This document shows, piece after piece, positions 1 through 10,430 of a DNA stretch of 64,000 bases. Both the position numbers and the translations under genes were made by a program. Below the pieces are notes generated by a model. The model searched no databases and was not told the origin of the DNA. It saw only the letters and a list, made by a program, of their open reading frames with translations. The number at the start of each line of letters is the position of its first letter. Positions within the stretch are counted from its first letter, which is position 1. The DNA comes from Carcharhinus longimanus (taxonomy: Eukaryota). The stretch spans positions 21,652,780-21,716,779 of the forward strand of contig JASCQW010000150.1 of the NCBI GenBank assembly GCA_030264375.1, written 5' to 3'.

Positions 1-335
1 ATATTCAGTGATTTTTTTTTTGTCCCTCTCTCTCTTCCCCTTCTCCGTCTCCTCCCCCCAAGCATGACTTTGCAACATATTGGCATTCCTGGCGGCGGTC
101 GTATTCTGGAGTATGAGGTCACATCTATCTGTACTTTGGTTAGGAGGATTTTCATATGGGGGAAAGGGGCAGGGAGTGCCACAATCTTCAAAAGGAGCAA
201 GCCCTGCCAATTTTAACTTTTGGTATTTTCTTTGAAATTATAAAGTGATTTATTTTCAGAGCTTCAATGTGATTTTCCTCAGTACTTTGGTTTCATATGA
301 GAATCCTGCTTCATTGAATTTTGTTTAACCTGTAG

Positions 336-415
336 GTTTGGATGAAAGAACAGGCCCTGGCCCATGGACAGGAGGCACACAGAGCAGTAGTCCATCAACA
401 TATGAACAAGCAAGG
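336..415 (+). CDS. TCF3: E-protein exon (approx. human exon 4): xLDERTGPGPWTGGTQSSSPSTYEQAR
   Basis: tgtag| acceptor, AGG|gtaaga donor, 80 nt, phase 1 to 0; resembles the GLEDR..SW..R exon of E-proteins. Confidence 0.9.
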
Positions 416-1185
416 GTAAGAGTGGTTATTTTCCCCCATTTTCTTCCTAAATGGCTTTCTTCAGCCTTCATTGATTTGAATCACCTTTTCGATTTCCCCT
501 CAAAAAAAAGGTTAAGCAGGGTAAATTTCATGTATACATTAAACGATTATTTCCCACAAAATGTTCCTTTTTATGTTGACCAAATCCCAAACATTTTTAA
601 GGTATATTTTATACTGCAATGATGGCAACTGTACTAAGTTGTTTGATTTCGTCCTGCTGCTTAATTTACTACTATAGTGCAGGAGTGGGAGCCCAAGTCA
701 ACGTAACAGAATGAGTCTACAAACAACATTTGTGTCTGGAGCTCAACAATATAGCCAGTTCACACTGAAGCCACCATTGTAGTGTAATAGGTCTAAAGTC
801 AACTCTGGTAGTTCTAACTTTCTCTAAATGTTTTGCTGGTAAATTAGGTGCGAACTAAGTAACTTTCTCAATCTGCATTTTTAAAAATATTTTCTACACA
901 TTGGTTACTTATTGACTTGGTTCTAACTCAAGCTCACAGGCGGCCTCAGGCTCTAATTGGCTGGAGTCCATACTAATTGTTCATTACTGAAGATCCTTAA
1001 TCATTTTAAGGGTTTATAGAAAGTCTGCTCTACCTTGATTATGATTGCTGGTAAAGAGGGCTTCAGTTCTCTTTGCTTCCTTTACCATCCTGGACAGGTG
1101 GGTGTTAGGATAAGCCGAGGGTTGTAACATGAGAAGTGTGGCCAGTGTTCCGAGAGTTTGAAAACTTACTTGAGTTGTCACTTTT

Positions 1186-1605
1186 NNNNNNNNNNNNNNN
1201 NNNNNNNNNNNNNNNNNNNNNNNNNNNNNNNNNNNNNNNNNNNNNNNNNNNNNNNNNNNNNNNNNNNNNNNNNNNNNNNNNNNNNNNNNNNNNNNNNNNN
1301 NNNNNNNNNNNNNNNNNNNNNNNNNNNNNNNNNNNNNNNNNNNNNNNNNNNNNNNNNNNNNNNNNNNNNNNNNNNNNNNNNNNNNNNNNNNNNNNNNNNN
1401 NNNNNNNNNNNNNNNNNNNNNNNNNNNNNNNNNNNNNNNNNNNNNNNNNNNNNNNNNNNNNNNNNNNNNNNNNNNNNNNNNNNNNNNNNNNNNNNNNNNN
1501 NNNNNNNNNNNNNNNNNNNNNNNNNNNNNNNNNNNNNNNNNNNNNNNNNNNNNNNNNNNNNNNNNNNNNNNNNNNNNNNNNNNNNNNNNNNNNNNNNNNN
1601 NNNNN
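1186..1605. other. Assembly gap (420 N)
   Basis: Run of N. Other gaps of about 100 N start at 19584, 22489, 36766, 37924, 43643, 48905 and 56688; short ones at 18390, 40019, 46226 and 62916. Confidence 1.
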
Positions 1606-2362
1606 TGGGTAGGCCTAACTAGATAGAATGTAGAGAATGACAATGGATATCTGTAAAGTTAGTGGCCTGAACTCTATCAGTCTGTTTCATACGAATGAAT
1701 TCCTGGCTGACTCCAGATGAAGTGTAGTGCTGCTTATTAAGTTTGTTTTTCCAATTTCCCCACCTGGACTTCACCATGAGCCCAGAATTCATTCAGTGTT
1801 GCCATTTCTGTTTTAAGTTCCTTACAGCCAAGTCTAGCCTGACCTCACTTGTCCATATAAATGCATGCTGTTTCCAACAGGTGTCACTGGAAAGTAATGA
1901 GAACCAGGGTTCCACAGCTTAATTCCACCCTCAGCTGAGCAATGTTGAGGAAAACTGTTTGGCCTTTGCTGTGGTCACCTTACTCACCAGACCCTCAATT
2001 TGAGCCTTTATTCATTTGACTTGCTGATCAAACTCTGTTAACACTGCCTATACCATTCAAATCATTTGTAGCATGACTTTTTTAATGAAACAAGGAAGGG
2101 CAAAATGTGTCAGGGTTCCAGTTCTAAAATTTTGAGTATGTAATTACTGATTTGTGTGGCATTCGATGCTGCCAGGATTGTGCGTGGCTTTGTTGCAAAC
2201 CAGTGGCTTGCTGACCTCACTGAGCTCGTGTATTGAATGGTCACTTTGATTACTCTCCAGTAACTAATTTAAGTCTATGGAAGAAGTTAATATCACGTGA
2301 GCTGGGGACTGTTGAATAGAAGCAGGGACCATCGTCCAGCCATGTCTAGCAAATCTGATGTG

Positions 2363-2452
2363 GAGTTCACCTGAAGAAGGAGCAATGCTCCTAAAGCTTA
2401 TGCTACCAAATAACTTGTTGGATTTTAACTGTGTTGTGCGACTTTTTACTGT
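2363..2452 (+). mobile_element. Penelope-type terminal fragment (family A) with degenerate hammerhead ribozyme motif
   Basis: CTGAAGA-A-GGAGC-aat-GCTCC-TAAA-GCTT; homologous to 4877-4976, 14846-14981 and 57322-57541. Confidence 0.65.
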
Positions 2453-3516
2453 ATTAAATCTGAAGCATCTTCTGGATTAATTTTGTTGTCTGTAATATAT
2501 AATTGCCTGTTAAACTAACAAGACAATCAAATCTCGTAATTATCAATGTAAGTAATCTTTTAACACTAATTATTATCTGCCTTTCAATCAATTGTCCACT
2601 TACTCAGCATGAAGCCTGGAGTCTCATTACTTCAGATTTTAAATGGTTATGTTAATTTCAATTTTTATTTTTTCTTTCTGAATCTAGTTTTTCTTTCACC
2701 CTTTCTCTGTACCTAGTTTGATGCATTAACTAACAACTTCATTATTCTCCTGTTTATTTCTCAATCCTTAAAACTTTGGCTGAGCGCATATATTGTTTGT
2801 CCCACTATCCACCAGGTCCCAGAACCCCTGTTACGTTCGCTGCATTGTTATCAGCTTGCGGTTGCAGCAACTTTTTGCACAAAAATTGTATGTGCACAAG
2901 GAAGTTTAAAGGAAGGGCCATGCTAGGAGATGCCCCTGCTGCAGTAAAAGTTGGCCACGTCATTGGTCTTCTGTTGGGCTCTCTTCCATACTCAGAATTT
3001 TTAACATTCAATTTTGGATTAAAATGAGGTGCAGCAGGATTTGTTTTATAATAATTAAATAGATTCATGCAATTGAAGTTCTGAATTGCTTCAATATATC
3101 ACTTGTTTACAAAAGGTGAGATTGTTGCCTGGATTTATATTACAGGCTAAAGCTTAAAGTCTAAATTTTTTTAACCACTACTAATCCAAGCAAATATTTA
3201 GACAGATGACACCTGACTTCAGATGTGAATCAATTTCATACTTAGTTCCCTTGAGTATTTAAAGTCAAGATTTTTAATAGTTTTTCTCTCCTCGCACCTT
3301 TACCAGAATTGCTGAAATTTATTGCCTGATGGTTGAGTGTTAATACAAGCCAATGCTGGGATTCTAAAAACAAGGTCACTTCCCCCCCCAGTTGAGTGTT
3401 GGTTTTTCTTGTATCCCAACAGGGTTTTTCTTTGTATTCTAATATTTGTCTTAAAATTTCTACTTCAAAACATACTGGCTCTGCTTTGTGCCTAACCATT
3501 TTCATCTTTTTTACAG

Positions 3517-3619
3517 GGCTATGGTGAAGGTTCCCACTATGGTGACCATGTATCCAACAGAGAGTTGCCGTCACATGATGGCATGTCATCTTCATCCTTC
3601 ATAAACCCTGGCCTTGTTG
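3517..3619 (+). CDS. TCF3: E-protein exon (approx. exon 5): GYGEGSHYGDHVSNRELPSHDGMSSSSFINPGLV
   Basis: cctaac branch point, pyrimidine tract, tacag|; TTG|gtgagt donor; 103 nt, phase 0 to 1. Confidence 0.93.
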
Positions 3620-3834
3620 GTGAGTAGAAATGAATGACTTTGAATTGCTGAATCTTTTGGCAGGGTTAATCTCTTGGACACAGCCTTCCTGCTTTTGATA
3701 TTTTCTCCAGTGTGAGCATTGCAATTGGCATTTAGAATCAGGAAATATTTCAGGAACTGCTTTTCTCAGTGGCAGGTGGCTAGGCATAGCGTTAAAAGAT
3801 TGTCTGACCAAATCTTTCCCAGCTAAAAGACATA

Positions 3835-4312
3835 GGCCAAGATTTTCCATTCCCATTTGCATTGGGTAGGTTTGGCAGCAAGAGCAGAAAATACTGAAGG
3901 CCAAAACCGCATTGCCTGTCGACATAAAAACTGGAAGTGGTTCCTACCCCTTCAGTCAGTGGCAGACCATGGTTCCCACTGTTCAATGGCAGGAACCTCT
4001 TTAATAAATTTGCATGTTATTATCAGGTCCATATACTAGAATCATACCCTCATGTTAATAAAAGGGTCCGGAATGGCATGACGCTCAACATCTCAAAAGT
4101 CGGGCACCTGGCAAATAGGATTCGGAGGAGAGTTTGAAGGTGAGCACAGTGCAGGTGTCAGGGGATGGGGAAGAGAGGGCCATGTCCTATACTGTACTAT
4201 AGTAAGTCCTATACTATATGGCATAAAGAATCACCATTACCACTGGCGAGCTCCACACTGATTCTCCCTGCCTGACATCGGACTTTGCCAGTATTGGATA
4301 AAATCTCACCCC
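3835..4312. mobile_element. Possible old non-autonomous DNA transposon (Harbinger-like MITE)
   Basis: Ends ggccaagattttcc and ggataaaatctcacc are loosely inverted and resemble the ends of the 60944-61075 element. Confidence 0.3.
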
Positions 4313-4683
4313 CGTAGTGAAGTTTAGTCTAGATTAACTGCTTATAAATATATTGGGAATAATTTTTTTCTACTCTTTCACCCTTCAAATTACTAACACA
4401 CGCTTATCCTATGTCAGTATGAAGGAATTTGTGATCCCTGCTATGTAACCTGCTTGACACAGATTTTCTAATTGAGTGAAGTTGTATATGTTACGTATTT
4501 AGATATGCATAGGTTTGCATGTTAGTTCCTTTAGATGGGTCCAGTGCTATAAGACCAACTCAAGGGCAGAAGTCTGTACTACATTTATTCTCTAATTTGG
4601 GTCACCTAGTAATCTGTTTGTTTTTCTATCAGGAAGTTTACCTGATTATCTGGGAAGTGTTTAACATCCTTGTCGTAATTAAA

Positions 4684-4875
4684 GCTTATTTATCAGTGTC
4701 ACAAGTAGGCTTACATTAATACGACAATGAAGTTATTGTAAAAATTCCCTGGTCGCCGCACCCTGGGTACACTGAGGGAGAATTTAACATGGCTAGTGCA
4801 CCTAACTAGCATGTCTTTCAGACTGTGGGAGGAAACTGGAGCTCCCATAGGAAACCCATGCAGACATGGGGAGAT
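4684..4875 (-). mobile_element. V-SINE (HE1-related core, alternative 3' tail), 5'-truncated
   Basis: Reverse complement of the gggtttcc..ccagtttcctcccacagtc core; same subfamily as 33141-33360. Confidence 0.75.
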
Positions 4876-4876
4876 C

Positions 4877-4976
4877 AGAGTAAGAAGTCTCTCAACACCC
4901 AGGTTAAAGTCCAACAGGTTTATTTGGTAGCAAAAGCCACTAGCTTTTGTGGTTTGCCCTTCATCAGGTGAGTGGA
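4877..4976 (-). mobile_element. Penelope-type terminal fragment (family A)
   Basis: gtaagaagtc..caacacc..ggttaaagtccaacaggtttatttgg...cttcatcaggtg; minus strand reads CTGATGA-AGGGC. Confidence 0.65.
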
Positions 4977-7285
4977 TTTTGGGATGATCCACTGAGAAAA
5001 GTTCAATTATTTTAGAAGCCAAATATTGCTTATTTTGTTTCCTACACCTTAATGGAATTGTCCAAATGTCTGAATGTGGCCAGCATCCACCTCCTGAACT
5101 TTGACCTACAGTTTACAATTCAGTACACTGTAGCATGTATAGGATTGGAACAATCACCTAGGTTATGTACAGATACTAATTGATTATAAATAGGTGAGTT
5201 AAGATTTGGCAAAATGACTCTTTCGAATAGATTTAGGTAAAGAGATTGGAGGTGGTTAAAATACATTTGGAATTCAGGTCTAACACTCTCTCCGGCCAAG
5301 AAGTTGTTTGTTTAAAAAAAATTGTTCGTCTTGTCAATGGGAACATGCTGCTCATATATTTTTGGAAGATTTGTGAATAGTAGGCAAAGGCTGAAAGAAT
5401 TTATCATGTAATCAAGAGATAAACATAACGAATTCTGTTGGACTGCCTTTCATTGTCTGGACCCAAACGACTTCGAATGCCAACACTGTGATGCCACATT
5501 ACAAAAAGCAAACTATTCTGGTCATAGGCAGTCGCTAACATCAAGGGAAAAAATCAAGTATCAGCTGTAGGCTTGATAGGACGTGGCAAAGGCATACTGT
5601 CCTCTTGCTAGTTTTGATGTGAAAATGCATTCTAATTTTGGGAAGGGAAAGTAGTTTAGTTTCTCATGGAAAAGTTCCTCAGAGGTATATCCTTGTAATT
5701 TTCTACTTGAATTGGCTCCCATACCATAGTACATGAAGCATAACTAATGAAGCATCTCTGCTGACAGCCCTAAGCTGCTTTCTGCAGTAGTTATTTTGGC
5801 TCTGATCTGCTCCGAGAGATCCCTGGTGTTGTTGTATTTTGATCTTTACCAGGTACATTTTTGAATATCTTGCTTGCATTTCTGTTTTACTGTGCAGTGT
5901 ATTTTTTTTCCCCTGCCTGCCATCTTATTTCCACTTTCTTCCCTGAGTTGGCGTCTCCATTTCTGCTATCTCTGATGAAAGCATTACAGCTGTGTGTTGT
6001 GTTATCTGTATTTTTATGATCCATTTTCTGCTGTGCGTTTAGTCTCACTCACTCCTAACTTGTGTCTGCTGCCTTTTCAGACCCTGTAGCTTTCTCTAAT
6101 GAGCTTCTGTTCTGCTTTCAAACTCCTTTGAAACCTACTGCTGCCGTCTGGGACTCTTTCCTGCTGAGTTTAACAGAGCTTTGGGATCAACTCCTTGCTT
6201 GCACCACAAACACTTAAGGGGCTTACTGAGAAGGCTATTTACTCCATTCTGCTGCAGTAAATAATTTGAAACAATTAATACATTGTTACTAGGCCATTTT
6301 TTTTGTTTATTAAAACAAAACAGACTCCTGGGAGTACAACAGATCGCAACTTAAGATAGGGTTAAAGGTAGAATCTTTGAAACTGCTGGCCTGTTATGAT
6401 CACATTTATTATTGCTGCACAGTTATATTCTAATAGACGTGTAAGCTTGTTCTGTGGTGGTTGGGTATATAAACCGTCCTTTATAATTACGCAATCAAAG
6501 CTATTTCATAGTTAAGTTTATGCTGATGGTTTGAAGGTAAGGATGTATGTATACACTGTCAATAGTTGTTTGACAATTTCAATATTTGGGCTGTATTATT
6601 TAAAAATAACATATGACTGTTTGAATTTGGAAACATTATTATTTCCACAATGTGAGCTGTGTGATGGGTTGGTAATAATAGGAGCAATTTGAGCTATGTG
6701 CAGAAAGTCCTGCAAGAAAGGTTTACTACAACCGTTGAGTATAAGTACAGAATATTGGTGGTAAACTATTTAATAGTTCAGAAGATTTGCTTTCCGTACG
6801 TACATCATCAGATGGGTCACTTATGCACTCGGCAAAATCTGGTCAATAAATATTTTTACCACAGTCATTTACAATGTTAGAAGTGGAGATTATTTAAAAT
6901 ATGAAAACCTGACCTATACTGCTGTTTTGACTATGATTTTCAACAATTTGTGATGTATTTCCCAAATTAGTGAAAGTAGCTCATTTGAAAATTGGCTTTG
7001 CAAGAGTCTTCAGAAGTTGGATGCAAGGATATTGAAGTTTAATTGAATTTTAAGCTACAAGTAACTTCAAAATGAATGTTATTTGAGTTGGGTACAGTTA
7101 CATCATAGGACCATCTGTTTGTCAAACTGACCATGTCCCTGTATCATTCTTTTAATCACTATTGGACTGTTAATCCCAAAATGTTTAATAAATAAGTTTG
7201 TAATGGAATTTTTCAATGCTTAACAGCTGTATATGTTCTAAAGTTTTAACTAATTACCGAAGCTATGCTTATTTTTACTTTTCAG

Positions 7286-7291
7286 TTGAAG
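7286..7291 (+). CDS. Candidate 6-nt alternative microexon (TTGAAG; inserts Val-Glu)
   Basis: aactaat branch point, TGC motif, pyrimidine tract, ttttcag|TTGAAG|gtaagg; frame-preserving in a phase-1 intron; no transcript evidence. Confidence 0.5.
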
Positions 7292-9035
7292 GTAAGGCAT
7301 TCACAATTGCACAAAAATGTTAAAATGGGGGAAATGTTTAGTGGGCAAATTAGACTCCCATGTATAACTGTCTAATAAATGCCTAATTCTGAAGTGTCAA
7401 GCAGCGAATACTAAAAACGATAGAAATGCTAGTTTACTAAATGTTTTCTGATGACAACCTATAATTACATGGATGGGATTTTAAGTACTGCTAGTTGGAG
7501 TAGTAGCTCACTGAAGATTTAGATTAATTACTAAGGGAGAAAAAGAATCCTTGCTCAGGATTGCTTCAGAAAAACAGGAGCAAACACTTTTCTGTTAATG
7601 GTGTGAGTAGTTTTAGCACAGGATCCTTTCCACATTTGGAGAGGTTTTTATCTTGAGTTTAGCTGCATGATTATGATTAGAGGTAAAGAACTTGCAAGCG
7701 ACAACGCAAGATGTGTGAATGATGTTTGTCCTGTAGGATTTGCAGAGTGCAATTCGTGGGCATTCATGTGTGAATTCCCTGTGGATTAGGAAAACAGTAC
7801 AGTGCCATGTGGCTGTTTTGCACCTGCTCCCCTTGAGAGTGATTAATTTGTTATGCCAAGGGGAAGATTTTTTATATTTAAAATGACTTGATTGTTTTAA
7901 ATTTGCATTGTTAAGGGGAAATCTTGTTGACCCTCCATAGATAGGATTTTGTTTATATTTCAGTTCATAATCTGAGATTTTCGAGCAGCACTTTTTTGTA
8001 CATGAAACTGGGGAAAAGGATTAGAGTGCAAATTTTACATGCAGCCTGTAAAATCTTCACTTTAGTCATTTTAATTTCTTATTATTGTATAACTTTCCTC
8101 TTAATTGGAAAGCATACTAACAGATATACCTTTATGTACAACTGAAGATGTTGCATAGAAAAAAAAATTGCAGAAATTTGTTGACGTTTCTGTTTAGTTA
8201 ATTTCCCATTCAACCATTTGAGTTCTGTTTAAAACTCTTCTGTCCGTGTGGAGTTTGCATATTCTCCCTACTGTCTTTTCTGTCTGCCATCTGGCCTGTA
8301 TTACTTTTCCTTAGATAAGTTTCTGGAAGTTTACCCGTTTCTTGAAAAATGATTTGTCATAAAGCTTCAATTTCTTGTTTTTTGCACCATTTGAAGAGTA
8401 AAATTGGCTGTACTAACTGGAAAAAGTGCCTTCAGTAAATTTTGATTACACTGTCAAAATAAATAAAACACTCTTGCTTTCTCACACTTGCGCACCTTTT
8501 AGTCATTTGGAATTTGTTGGGTATGATCAGTCTTTCCTCTTGGCAAGTGGACTTCAACCACATATTTCAAAGTCTCTAATATTTGTCTTACGACAAGTGC
8601 TACCCAAATATTCCAGGTTCCTGACCTACGTAGCCTAAAATTTAGTGTTAGCTATTTTTCATTGTTACTGTATTTAATTATTGAACTATGTGAAAGTTCA
8701 ATCAGTGCTGTCCTACTTGTACCAAGTTATCTGTAGTGCCCTACAAAAATAGCATTTCATGATTCGTCTGCAATTGAAATTTGCCTTCCTCTTCTATTTT
8801 TGTGCCCGTTTTAAACTAACTATTAAGCTGGTTACCCTGACTTTGAGTAAACTGTCCGAGATTGATAGAAGAACCATTTGGTGTATAGCCATTAATCAGT
8901 GCTTAATTGTTTTGTGCATTAATGATTTTGGTAATTTTGAGAGGTATGCTTTTTAATCAAATAATTGACCCCTGCTTTTATGCTTAATCTCCCTCAACAA
9001 TCCAACTCCTCAGCCCTTCAAATTGACCAAGCGAA

Positions 9036-9160
9036 TCATAAAATCCCTACAGTGCACCAATGACAATCCCATCCAGGCCCCTATCCCTGTAACCCAACAT
9101 TTATCCTGTTAGTCCCCTGACACTAAGGAACAATTTAGCATGGCCAATCAACCTAAACCT
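9036..9160 (-). mobile_element. HE1 SINE 3' fragment
   Basis: aatccctacagtgca...ggcaatttagcatggccaatcaacctaa-like sequence matching the other copies. Confidence 0.7.
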
Positions 9161-9299
9161 CCCCCCGCCGCCCCGGGAGTGAAATTCATATACCTCTTTG
9201 GGTTTTGTGAGAAATGTCTTTGATGGGATGTCACCTAACCACCTCTCCTGGCATATTTCTGATATGTAGAGATGTTTGCTATATTAAATCTGTAGCAGC

Positions 9300-10430
9300 A
9301 TGTAATTACCTTGCATATCTTAATAGGAATCGTCCTCTGCCCAAATTCACCTTTGAAATAGAGCGGTTAAATGCTCTTTCTACGATGGACCAGTTGAGAA
9401 ATCTACCAGGGACCACTCAACCAAGGTCTGCCGCAATCCCACCTTCACTGATCAATAAACACATTGGAATTCTTACATTTCCACACGCTGTAAGATTGGC
9501 CTTATTGACAGCCTTATTAATAGGTTCCAAGCCATTTGCTCCCTGTGCAAGCTTGATGCTGAAGCAGGCCACATCAAAGACATCCTGCAGGATAATGGCT
9601 ACCCTAATCAGATCATTTTGCTTGTATGTTGCACAGACTCATGACTGTGCCTAAGGCAGTCACGTCCAGCCCTGAAAAGTGCCCAGTCCACCTCATTACC
9701 CTTGAAGGGCAAGATTGCTCAAAAGATTGGAGCGCATGAAACTAGCTGCTGCTATGCTGTAGCAATACAAGTGGTGTCCACTAAGTGTGCTGCCATCAAA
9801 CTAAAAAGATGTTCTGCCTATTGCACAAATGAATAATGTGGTATGTGAATTTCAGTGCCAGTGTGATGCTAGGTATGCAGACTGCACATTCCAAAGACTG
9901 GCAGATTATATCAATACAGCACGTCCTTTATGCTGTTTGCAACGGGCAAGTTATTGACTGAACCAGCCCATGCTTGCAAAACTCAAGACAGTCCTTAAGA
10001 TTAGATGTGATTCTGCGATTGACCAACCTTTGCTAAATGATCCTCCGTTTTCTAAAAACTACACTGCCAACCAATTTAAGATTCAGGCTTGCATTTGCCT
10101 GTACTGAAAGCTGCTATATATTAACATAGGACACTGTTCTTTGCAGACAGAATATTGAGCTTGTTTAAGCTAAACAAAGTGATGGCCGTCTGCTGGTTCA
10201 TTCCTCAGGACACTGTCTTGACCAATCAGAATCAAACTGCCTGGTTTAAATTTTTGAACAAGGCTTGGTCAATCACCATTAACTGGTGCATTCTCTATGA
10301 CAACATCTCTACCAATCAGGGTCCACTTGCCAACCAGTAAGCACCTTTTATACAGTATAAGTTTTTTGTTTCCCTTGACATTGGTACTCTTCTGATTGTC
10401 CTGATGAGTATAAGTTGAAAGTTCTATACC
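9300..10430 (+). mobile_element. Decayed Penelope-like retrotransposon 3' part (RT C-terminus, GIY-YIG endonuclease, terminal repeat with hammerhead motif)
   Basis: LPKFTFEIE at about 9340; VCEFQCQCDARYADCTFQRLADYI at about 9840-9912 (GIY-YIG-like); CCAAT/TATAA motifs, then CTGATGA...GAAA at 10401-10420. Confidence 0.8.

Noticed and set aside
10-216. Pyrimidine tract followed by an ATG ORF (MTLQHIGIPGGGR...) just upstream of exon 336
   Set aside because: No convincing phase-1 donor to join exon 336; as a cassette exon it hits TGA immediately; upstream context is missing
1014-1643. Long ORFs spanning N runs (also near 19.5, 22.4, 36.7, 37.8, 43.6, 48.8 and 56.6 kb)
   Set aside because: Open only because N codons contain no stops
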